A DNA stretch of 62,415 nt, counting the filler, from Rhabdomonas costata (lineage: Eukaryota), in NCBI GenBank assembly GCA_019059605.1. It is 30 parts of 30 records of this genome, joined end to end, with 100 filler letters (N's around TTAATTAATTAA, not from the genome) between each part and the next. Parts side by side here need not be neighbours in the genome. Positions count along the whole stretch, not along the records: positions 25,013 to 26,995 come from JAHMHO010006731.1; positions 27,096 to 29,078 come from JAHMHO010006732.1; positions 29,179 to 31,161 come from JAHMHO010006733.1; positions 31,262 to 33,242 come from JAHMHO010006734.1; positions 33,343 to 35,325 come from JAHMHO010006735.1; positions 35,426 to 37,408 come from JAHMHO010006736.1; 24 more parts are not named here. One strand, written 5' to 3'. Shown piece by piece: positions 25,539 through 35,521 of the stretch. Below the pieces are notes generated by a model that worked only from the letters and a program-made list of their open reading frames with translations, was not told the DNA's origin and made no database searches. Positions within the stretch are counted from its first letter, which is position 1; each line of letters opens with the position of its first letter. The translations under genes were made by a program, and so were the position numbers.

Positions 25539-26550
25539 ATGTCCTACAGTAGCAGTGTGAGGCAAACTCGCGCGAAGGGCATGACAGGAGCCCGAGAAGC
25601 CGTGACATTGAGTGGGAACATTGAGGAACTTCCCATTGATCTCTGGGGTGTTGCGTTTTCCCGCCTGTCGCCTGTGCTGCGCTGAGGTGGTGAAAGTTGG
25701 GGTGCTGATGTGCGGAGTGTCGCAGGACCTGCGGCGGTGGGTGGCGGAGATGATGCGGAAGAAACTGGGGTCGCGACCTCAGCCAAGAGCGTTTGCAACG
25801 GCCCCTCAATGAGAGTGTGGCGCCAAGCTGCAGGGGAAGAGTTGCTGTGCGTTGAGTCACCCCAATATGATGTGAGCAGTGTGTGCTTCAGCCCCGACGG
25901 CACCCGCCTCCTCTGTGGCAGCAAAGACGACAATGCAGTCCTCCGCGACTCGCACAGTGGGACATCAGAGGTGACCTATCAGGGTCACTCCAGGAGGGTA
26001 CGCTGTATGCGCCGCTCCCGGTGGCGCTTTTTCGAATGGACCTCCCTTCGTCTTCATTTCCTTAGTGTATCAACCTTATCCCTTCAGCAGATTCGGTGGT
26101 GCAGAAGAAGAGGGTTGCAGTGGGTCGGGCAGCGCTACCTGCGGCATTTTCAGATAAAATTTTCTGCAGAAACTCACGGTCACATGTTCCACACATCTGA
26201 ATAGATGTGTAGGTGGGGAAACCTAGCGGCACTCTCTGGTCATTCACCTCATGTACAGGTTACAGGAGTGGCGTTCTCCCCGGCAACTGCCACCCCGCCA
26301 GTTGTCGCCACGGCCTCCATGGACCGCACAGCTCGGGTCTGGCCCAAGACGGGCGGGCCTCCTGTGTGTGGCAGTGCTTGAGGGCCATGCCCTCCCCTTG
26401 ACCTGCGTGGCCCTCTGCGGCCTGCAGGCTGTGACAGGCTCAGGGGACCGCACAGCCCGAGTGTGGGACTGGCCCGCAGGCCGGCCGCTGCTCACCCTCT
26501 TGCACCCAGCGGGCGTCTTCTCGGTGCAGTTTGGCCCGGACAGCGCAAAA
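25539..26550 (+). pseudogene. F-box/WD40-repeat gene with three frameshifts (exons ~25539-25997, 26259-26550)
   Basis: F-box-like IEELPIDLWGVAFSRL...VSQDLR and WD repeats (VCFSPDG...GSKD, ATASMDRTARVW, LEGH...TGSGDRTARVWD) are spread over different frames. Confidence 0.7.
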
Positions 26551-27096
26551 GTACGCAGGAGAGTCTCCCCTTGCGTCTTCTCTCTCAGCGAAAACCCGAA
26601 ATATTCCGCATCACCTCAAAAATCGACAACCGAAACAATTGCACTCTAAATCAGGCATTTTCCCACTTGAAGCAAAGGGAGGGGAGGGGGGATGATAAAC
26701 TGGATATTGCCTTGCGGTGGTATTGCTATTTTCGACCTGTTTGTTGTGTGCCTATCCCTACCTCGTACTTTTGAGATGACGTAGGCCCTATTTTTTTTTC
26801 GTAGCTGGCGGCGCCATTTCATCTCATGCAGCCATGCTCACCCTTTCCTGTCCATTCCTGTTCAACGCATCCTGATGGTGGTTTTTCCTTTGCACTGACA
26901 AGGAGGGTAGAGGCGATACTCCGAAATTCAGAAGGAAATTCACCCCGCCCCGGAGATGCATCATTATCGGATTGCATTATTACCCCCCCCACACCNNNNN
27001 NNNNNNNNNNNNNNNNNNNNNNNNNNNNNNNNNNNNNNNTTAATTAATTAANNNNNNNNNNNNNNNNNNNNNNNNNNNNNNNNNNNNNNNNNNNNA

Positions 27097-27219
27097 AAGC
27101 AAAAAACATATAGATTTCGTTTGAAAGTCCCAAATGAAGCAATGTATGAGTATAGAATTAAACCATTTGAGGATGGGGTGAAGGCAGTTATTGGCATACC
27201 ATTTTACCAAATATATTAA
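27097..27219 (+). CDS. 3' end of a small hypothetical protein on the AT-rich contig
   Basis: Open frame from the contig edge: KQKTYRFRLKVPNEAMYEYRIKPFEDGVKAVIGIPFYQIY*. Confidence 0.65.
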   Translation, partial: KQKTYRFRLKVPNEAMYEYRIKPFEDGVKAVIGIPFYQIY

Positions 27220-27251
27220 TTTCGTACGTAAAATTTTATTTCGATTTTAAA

Positions 27252-27274
27252 AAAATTATGTCTATTAATTATAA
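27252..27274 (+). promoter_or_regulatory. Candidate promoter AAAATTAT...TCTA upstream of ORF 27275
   Basis: AAAATTAT ends 15 nt before the ATG. The same octamer lies at 27796-27803 and 28999-29006, before the other two start codons. Confidence 0.5.
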
Positions 27275-27745
27275 ATGTTAAGAAGAACTGATAAAGTTAA
27301 GCTCGTAAAGATAATACAAAAAATGTTAACAAAACCAACACAGAAAAAAAACAAAATTAAAAGCGGTGGTATGATGATAGATCATGATTATTTTTCGTAC
27401 ACTGAAGATACAGTTATTGATAAAGCAAAACGTTTATTCACAAAATATATAACACATCCAAATGACATATACACAGTTTTTACATGTTATAATCTTAGCG
27501 CTGGTGGTAATAGAGTGTACGAACAATATACTTATATTGGTAGAAAATTTTTGAATAATGATTTTTCTGAATTCCCACCTAATTTTACAGTGATTGGTAT
27601 TGCTCATAAGGGTCATTTAATCTTCAACCAAGGCATGCCCTACCGTTGGGAAGAATTTAAATACCGCCAAGTAGGGCAAGAAATGCCCACAAGATCATTG
27701 AAAGATATTGTTGGCAATTATGTAAACTATGCTGGTTTACGTTAA
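27275..27745 (+). CDS. Hypothetical protein (156 aa), basic N-terminus, intronless
   Basis: Long ORF in very AT-rich DNA, with an upstream motif shared with its neighbours. No family recognised. Confidence 0.8.
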   Translation: MLRRTDKVKLVKIIQKMLTKPTQKKNKIKSGGMMIDHDYFSYTEDTVIDKAKRLFTKYITHPNDIYTVFTCYNLSAGGNRVYEQYTYIGRKFLNNDFSEFPPNFTVIGIAHKGHLIFNQGMPYRWEEFKYRQVGQEMPTRSLKDIVGNYVNYAGLR

Positions 27746-27795
27746 ACTAGTTTATATAATGATGTTGCCGTAATACAGTTATACTATCTCTTAAT

Positions 27796-27820
27796 AAAAT
27801 TATCTTATCTATTTATAAGA
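27796..27820 (+). promoter_or_regulatory. Candidate promoter AAAATTAT...TCTA upstream of the protease
   Basis: AAAATTAT at 27796-27803, TCTA at 27808-27811, ATG at 27821. Confidence 0.5.
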
Positions 27821-28552
27821 ATGACTTCGGAATTTCCATATAAATTAGGGTTGAAACGTGATAAAAAAGACGATAGAGACATTAAGTTACACGTTCCAAT
27901 GAATAAAGTACTACCTGAAAAATATGAGATCATACCACGTGCTATATACAACCAACAAAATATCGGATCCTGCTCTTCTCACGCTATCGCCAATCAAATA
28001 ATGGCATTAAAAGATTATTCAGATAATGATTACCCATCAAGACTATATCAATATTGGAATTCTAGATATTTAGAAGGAAATCAGAATTCAGATTCTGGAT
28101 GTAGTTTTCGAGACGCATATAAAGCAGTCTCGAACTGGGGTTTTTGTGATGAGAAATTATGGGATTATGATACAAGTAAAATATATGATCGTCCACCTGA
28201 TGAATGTTATGAAAAGGCAAATAAAACATTAATTAAAAGATATCAATCATTATATCAATCTTCATATGCCATTATGTATGCTATCTCAGAAAACAAAGTA
28301 GTTACGTTCGGTACTTTGATACACCAGAATTTTAATGATTTAGATGAGAACTTTATTGTTCCTCTTCCAAAAGGAGACGTGTTAGGTGGGCATGCTCTAC
28401 TGATTTCTGGATTCGATGCATCTAAAAAGTTATTTACAGTGGTTAACTCGTGGGGTAATAAATGGGGAAATAATGGTTTGTGTTATATGAGATTTGAGCA
28501 TGTTAAAAATTCTGACTGGTGTTTCGATTTTTGGACAATTGATAAAGAATGA
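27821..28552 (+). CDS. Papain-like cysteine peptidase (C1A, xylellain-like), 243 aa
   Basis: Oxyanion Gln and catalytic Cys in QQNIGSCSSHA, His in GGHALLISGFD, Asn in VNSWGNKWGNNG. It also has PSRLYQYWN and an N-terminal RDxxDxRD, with no signal peptide or long I29 prodomain. Confidence 0.95.
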   Translation: MTSEFPYKLGLKRDKKDDRDIKLHVPMNKVLPEKYEIIPRAIYNQQNIGSCSSHAIANQIMALKDYSDNDYPSRLYQYWNSRYLEGNQNSDSGCSFRDAYKAVSNWGFCDEKLWDYDTSKIYDRPPDECYEKANKTLIKRYQSLYQSSYAIMYAISENKVVTFGTLIHQNFNDLDENFIVPLPKGDVLGGHALLISGFDASKKLFTVVNSWGNKWGNNGLCYMRFEHVKNSDWCFDFWTIDKE

Positions 28553-28732
28553 AAGAACAATTTATTTTTATGCTCTATCATCATCTCTATTGTCATCTAT
28601 TTTCGGAGATCTATTTTTGTTTGCATTTTTAATAATTGAAATCATTGTTAATTTAAAAAAACCATGTGAACCAGCTGTAAGCTGTAAGCACTTAAATATT
28701 CAATCCTTAAAATGATATTACGAGTTGAATAT

Positions 28733-28969
28733 TTAATAATCAATTTTCATTACGTTTTCAAATATTTTCGTTTCATTTGCGTCTAAATAGTCGTTTTTGT
28801 AGGAAAGCATAAGTATTTCTAGACAATCTCTACTACAATATGTATAGGGTTGATTACATAATTTGTAATTGTAGCATTTTTTTCCGCATATTTCACAGCA
28901 TAAATACTCTACTGGTGTTATTTTTAATTCTTTTTTGCTATTTAATTCTGAAAATTTACGTTTCTTCAT
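28733..28969 (-). CDS. Small Cys-rich putative zinc-finger protein (78 aa)
   Basis: CEICGK...YCSRDC (CxxC...CSxxC, treble-clef-like) and a basic N-terminal KKRK. Confidence 0.7.
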   Translation of the reverse strand: MKKRKFSELNSKKELKITPVEYLCCEICGKKCYNYKLCNQPYTYCSRDCLEILMLSYKNDYLDANETKIFENVMKIDY

Positions 28970-29078
28970 ATATCTTAGGATTCTATAATATTATTCATAA
29001 AATTATAGAATCCTAAGATATATGAAGAAACGTAAATTTTCAGAATTAAATAGCAAAAAAGAATTAAAAATAACACCA
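28913..29078. repeat. Perfect 77-bp inverted repeat with 12-nt loop at contig end
   Basis: Arms 28913-28989 and 29002-29078 are reverse complements; the loop is ATTATTCATAAA. Confidence 0.95.
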
Positions 29079-30252
29079 NNNNNNNNNNNNNNNNNNNNNN
29101 NNNNNNNNNNNNNNNNNNNNNNTTAATTAATTAANNNNNNNNNNNNNNNNNNNNNNNNNNNNNNNNNNNNNNNNNNNNGGTTGGGGTTTAGAAACAAAAG
29201 GTCTGAATTCACGATCCCCAGACTCCTTCATCGGACGGAACACGCACACAGACCTTTTGTTTCTAAACCCCTTTTTGCGTGTGTACACGTGTGTACACAA
29301 ATACTGAGCACTCCCGCAGAAATCAAACATATCAAGCAGACCGGTGTTTAATCAATGGTTGAATCAAGAGATCCGTTTTTAATCAAGTATGCTTCCTCTC
29401 CTCCACCGTCAGCGCATTGTGCAAAGCGGGTGTGTGTTTGTTTGTGGAAAAAAGGACAAGACCTGTCACTAGAAGGAGACGCAGCCCGGTAACCCTCCCC
29501 AAATAGACTGGGAACCACCCAGGACACAAACCAGCATCGCATCCCAACCACCAAACTTTGTCTTGAAAGGTATTCCAAATACCTTTTAAGTAGTTATTGC
29601 GTTATCTGGGACACCTGGCAGGTGAAATAGGCAAATGAAAGCAGATCCGTTCTTATTCAGATAGTTAAGTCATGAGGATGTTAACATATCCGTGCTACAT
29701 ACTATAATTGGTGTTTGGGTTTGGAAGATTGAACAAGATCCGTTCTTAATCAAAATGGCTTGCTGTAACACTCCAGCCCGCCAGGCTTTTTTACATTGTG
29801 CTCGTCCTGTGCTTTGGTTGGTCTTCCTTGTGCGTTTTGGTTTCTGTATTTTTTCCCGGTGTGTCCACGCACACATTCTCAACCCGCAACCTACCCTGTC
29901 CACTCAGCGCTGCTGTACTCCCTGTCAAGCTACCCCCCAGCCTTTCCTTCCTTGTTTCCCTCTTGTGGTGGCTTCCTTGTGTGCATCCGAGACATTGTCC
30001 TGATTCCCTTTCTTGTCCTTTCGTGTCGTTTGCTTCCGCTGAAGATACCTGGCACCTGCTTCCCCTTTCACTCATTTGCAAAAACACAATGCGCTGGACC
30101 CCTTTCACTGTCGGGTGTTGTTTGCCGAAGAACGTTGGGAATCGCAACAACGCGAACGAGAAAATTCAGCATTTTCTAAGCCAAGCAAGGAGTGCACACA
30201 CGCAGGCAGCCGCAAAGTTGCTGCAAAGTTCACAGTAGCATTCCTCCTTCAG

Positions 30253-30867
30253 TTTGTATCATTTCATCGCGATGCTGCCCGCACCCCTCTTTCACTGGCT
30301 AACGTGTTTCATCATGAGTACCTCATCTACCGAGAAATGTTGTCTAAGAAGAATGCTATTTGACTCAGCAGGGCGTTTTCTTGTCAGGTTTTGGGCCCGC
30401 TGGTGCCCCAAGCGCAGCTTCTGCAGCAGCTCGCCGTGCACTACAACACCGCCATCGTTGTCGGTATGCAGCACTACTCACTGGAGCACTGGAGCTTTGG
30501 TTCCTGAGTCATTGTCATCGTGCTGCTGGTCGGTGGTGACGTCCTTTTTGCCCTTTCTAATACCGCTTTGAATACAAGAGCGGCACTCAAGAGATGCTGT
30601 GGAGGTGTTACACCATGCGCGGCGACCCTTTTTATTCAAAAGAAACCCTGTTGCTGGCCCAGTCCGGAACTGTGGCCGAAAGTCGTCTGCCTTTTGGTTC
30701 TCACCCTCCGACTTGCTGCGCGGTTCCTGCAGACGAAGCGGTTCGTGAGAGTGGCCCGCAGGACGCGCTTTTCCTGCTGGACGTGGTCCGGAGCACAAAG
30801 TGGGGAGGCCGGATGGTGAAGGTCTACCAGGTGGTCCCGGAGGCCTTGGCCACCACGGACTACGACG
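30253..30867 (+). CDS. Degenerate class III nucleotidyl-cyclase-like C-terminal region; exons 30253-30303, 30388-30463, 30733-30867
   Basis: NVLGPLVPQAQLLQQLAVHYNTAIVVDEAVRE...LLDVVR...VKVYQV follows the cyclase pattern GxxVNxAxRLxxL...YxTxIxxxExV...LDxV...VYE. Exon phases match. Confidence 0.5.
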
Positions 30868-32196
30868 GTGCGTTGCTCCCTGGTCTTTCTATTAAGGCAG
30901 GCTTGTATTAATGCCGTGTGTGTTAGTTTATGCTATCTACCTTTAACGATAAGGCCGGCCCGAAAGCAAGCTGTTCAACGGTGTACAGAACCAGCCTGGC
31001 CCCTTGTTCAAACTGAAAAGGCCCAGCGGAGACGAGGGTGAGTGTATGGTATGGTATGGTATGTAGAGAACGTTTTGGGGACATCCTTGTACACCATGAG
31101 TTGCGAGCGTCCAGCAAGCGCGACTTCCACCCCCCCCGAAAAGGGGAATGGACCCAAAAAANNNNNNNNNNNNNNNNNNNNNNNNNNNNNNNNNNNNNNN
31201 NNNNNTTAATTAATTAANNNNNNNNNNNNNNNNNNNNNNNNNNNNNNNNNNNNNNNNNNNNATTGTACAATAGGAAAAGGAAAAGGAAAATCAGCTTTAC
31301 AGCAGAAGCAGAAATTAAAAAACAGACTACACCGAATGAACAAACTGCACGAATAAACAAAACGCACAGGAACATGGGATGCAATCAACAGGGCGTTCAA
31401 CCGAGAAACAAAAAACCTGCAGCTCACAAAGTCCAACAACTGCTGGGGCAACTGACCCTGACCAGCCGATGGAACACGGTCATTCATGTTCATTCTTGTG
31501 CTTGAGTGTAAAGGCTGAGAGCTGCAGCAATGTACAACGTGAGTAGACATACTGAACAGCTGCATGGTGCCAGCTGCAGTTACTGAAACCTTCATCAATA
31601 GCATGAAAACCTTTCCGCACTTGTTCTCACATGTTCGAGCACTGCGTTCTTGTTCTCTGGGACCCCCCCCCCTCCAGACCCCAGACATTCTCCGTATCCA
31701 GACGACTCAAGGCACAACCTAGTCCCCGCAGTCAATTTCGGGGGTAGTAGGCAAGAAGCATTGCCATCTCACCAAAAAAAACCACAGCACAGCACAGCTT
31801 CAAGAGGTAGACAATTTACGACCCAGATATCAGGACATCACGACAACATGAAGTTAGCTGAACAAACCTTCATCAGCAGTGCTTTCGCTTTGACCCACTG
31901 CGCTCCGCGTATCCAACACAGATCCAATTAGATTCATTCTTGCTTACACAACAGTTGACACCGCACGAAGGAGCAACACAGCTATACAGAAAGCGGAAGA
32001 GAGCGGAACGTGAGGAAAGTGAGAGTGAGAGAGCGCACGCGAAAAGATCCCAGGGGGGGGGGATGCGCAACCGGCAACAGCAAACCGTCTGACACCCGTA
32101 CTGGCAGTGGGGGACCGGAACCTGACCGGACGTTCAAGAGACCGAAGAAAGAAATAACGCAGACAACAAAACAAGCAGAATCGCAATTTATTCATC

Positions 32197-32926
32197 GGAC
32201 CTCCTTCAGGTGCGCCCAAGGGTCGTAGACATTAGTGTCTGGCCGCTGCATAACCTGCAGCCCTGAGCTCGAGAGAGACTCCAATGCTGCACTGCGTTCT
32301 TTTCCAGGGTCCACGACCGCGGTTGAGGAGGATACCTCCGCTGGAGGGGCGGTGGCGGTGATACGCCCACGCTTCCGGCCCCCCGAGCCTGAGGCTGAGC
32401 GGCCTGTCGGCCAAGCGCACCACTGGAAAGGGGCACTACACATGCAGCACCGACAACACAAACATACACACCCTTGGGTGCTTGTGGTGCTTGTAGGGCA
32501 TTGGGTGGTTGTTCAGCTGCTGGTCAGAACGAGCCCGTGTTAAGCACGCACTGGGAGCCCAGAAAATTGGTTGCATCCGCCTGCTGGGTTGAGCAACTTA
32601 ATTAAAAATCACTGGTACACCTCAACATAAGGCTAGTCGGTTCACAAAAATGAGGCAAGGTAGTGGTGGTGGTGGTGGAAATAAACAGGGGAGCCAATTT
32701 TCCTCAGGAAAATGCCCTTTCCTCTTGCCGTGCCGTGCAACATCGCCGCTAATATAGAGCTCTACTCCAGTGCGCAAGTCCGCAACCGCAGCTGGCGTGG
32801 GAACAGGCGTCGGGGGAAGCGGGGTAGGGGCAGCCACGGCGGAGGCAGTCCCGATGCGAGGGGTGGCTTCCAGAGAGGGTGCGTCGGTGCAAACCTCCAG
32901 GTATCGCACGGAGTGGTAGTAATTGC
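32197..32926 (-). CDS. Exons of an unknown low-complexity (Pro/Ala/Ser-rich) protein
   Basis: GC-rich exon-like blocks (...PTPLPPTPVPTPAAV...; ...VYDPWAHLKE|GT). Boundaries are approximate. Confidence 0.4.
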
Positions 32927-35521
32927 TGTGTAAGTGAGTGCGTGTGTCGGGTTGTGCGCCACCTTGATTGTCGCTGTCTTCCTGACCCGTTGTTTACACA
33001 CGTGTGTACGCATGATGAAAAGCTGATTCACAACCGTTGACATTTTGTACTTGTTTGTTTGTTTCAAACCATGAAAGTCGTTTCAAAACGTGAAAAGGCA
33101 ACGTTTCCAGTACAGACAAATAGTCACCATCAAACAGCAGATACCTGATGCATCTTGCGAGCGGGTATCCGAATGCCGCGACGATCAGCACACTAGCGTC
33201 TGCCGCACCACAAATGAAGGCACTTCCCGAAAACCCACACAANNNNNNNNNNNNNNNNNNNNNNNNNNNNNNNNNNNNNNNNNNNNTTAATTAATTAANN
33301 NNNNNNNNNNNNNNNNNNNNNNNNNNNNNNNNNNNNNNNNNNTGTTTTGTTGAACACTTCAACCTTTGTAAGAAGCACTGCTGTGGACACGCAGGCGGCT
33401 GGGATGGGCGTTGCCTGTGAGGCTGGCTCCGGGGCATTTGCTGTACGGGTCCTTCGAAGGAAGGTGAGAAATGGAGTGCTCAGAGTCTTGACTAAGGAGT
33501 CTTTGTGTTGTACGTTCAGGGTGCCTCGGGAATCCGGACATGTGTGTTACACGTGCAATTGCCTTCAACAGAGAGGGAATATTTTGTTGGTGTCCATTTT
33601 TATGAAGGCCGAGGCAGAGAACGGGTCACGCGATAAAAAAAAACACGAGAAACACGAGAAACACGAGTAAAAAAAAGCGCGAGAGTACTGTACCTCTCCA
33701 GGAACTCCTTCACTGCAATCTCCAGCTTCACCGTGCCATGGGTGCACTGAGCGGACAGCACACAGTCATTCTTCAGACAGAAGGTCATGGCGATGACGTT
33801 CTTTTTGAAGGAAGCTCATTCTCGTTATTCTAGTTATAACTTGATGTCAGGAAAACATTCCAATGCTGCATTGGATGCGGATGCACAGGGAAACGCCGTG
33901 TAGAGCTGCCGAGCAGAAGGGAGGAGGGAACGGTGAGCAGGGAGAGGGGTCGGCATAGAGAGCTTGCAAAAATGAGGAGACCCTCCCTTACCAGATGAGC
34001 ATATCAGGACCCGAGAAGCAGTTTACCTCTTCCGACGCTTCTCTTATTCTCTTTGCCCCTGTTCTCTCACCGAAGGGATGGAAACGAAGTTGACCGGGTT
34101 GGCAGGCCCGAGGAACCCAAGAAAAGAAAGAGAGACAGGAAAGGCACATCTGTTTTAAACCAGCTTTCAACGATGCCGTTTGTCTGTGGGTTTTCTTAGC
34201 GAGGCATTGAATTGGGTCTCTCCGTGGGAAACGGGCTTGCACCTTGATCAGATCGGGCATGTGGCGGTCCTGCACCAGCTTCTTGCGAGAATCGTCCTTG
34301 GGAAGCTCCCGCTCTCCGTTCCTGCGCGGGAACAACGCATCCAACGAACTAATCTTAACGGTAAACCACTAATAATAATAATCACAATCAGCATGACGCC
34401 GAATATCATAAGACCTCGCAAAGGCTTTGCCCAGAAGAGAGATCCCAGTGGCAAACCGAAACATTCCAGCTCGGTTCCAGAATCAAGCACTCCGGCTCTA
34501 CCCTTAGCAGCGCCGACGAAAAAATAGGCTTAGTGTGCGGGGCAAAAGACCAAAACAAGGTGCTCACCCGGTACTTAAAATCCAACAAAAAGGCCTAAAA
34601 GGTCAAAATGTCAAAATTGAAGAGGCCCAGAATGTACCTTGCAAGATGAGATACCTACAAGCTGTCCGTTCCGGCGGGGAGCCCCCCGTGAAAAACCCAA
34701 AGCAAAAGCAAGTGTTTCGAGGTCTAACTTTCGGTTTGGAGGCCGGCAGACCATGACGGATGGGCATGGGTGCAAGAACAGCTAATTAGTGGCCTCAAAA
34801 CTTGGTCTGCTGGTGCAAAGGAAGCGGGGGAAGATGCACCTGCCCAGCTGTCGTCCTGCGACCAGAACGGTGATGTCTACAGGGATAAATGGCCGACCAG
34901 TAACATCTGAATAATGCGGAAAAAAACGAAATGGATCACCTCCCCACTGTTGCAGGCGCAAAAGTACTGAAATGTTGTGCGCACAGCGACAGTGATTGCA
35001 TGCAGCGATTGCAAGTGATTGCATAAATATGGACCAAAGGCCCTTCGACGTGACCGAAAAGAAGGGAAATACTCGAGTGAAGGCAACATCCCTTGGTTTT
35101 GCCTCCCCAGACAATTAGAAAACCCCCTCCCAACCCTTCCCCATACCTTTGAGGCTAACGGCTTTGAAACGCACGAGAAAATCTGTGAGAAGACAACAGG
35201 CAATCAAAAATACTCGGAGGAAGATGAGCAGTATTCCCATGAACTTTGAACACTGTCCTTTGCTTCGGCCATGAACCCACGGGCTGACTTCGGTGGGTGG
35301 CTGGGCGTGGATGGCTTGGATGTGCNNNNNNNNNNNNNNNNNNNNNNNNNNNNNNNNNNNNNNNNNNNNTTAATTAATTAANNNNNNNNNNNNNNNNNNN
35401 NNNNNNNNNNNNNNNNNNNNNNNNNTGGTGGTTTGCAGCGATCCTGCTTGCCACGCTGCAAACCTCACTCGCTCGGTGACTAAAGCCTTTTTCTTTCGAC
35501 ACAAACATATAAAAACACAGG

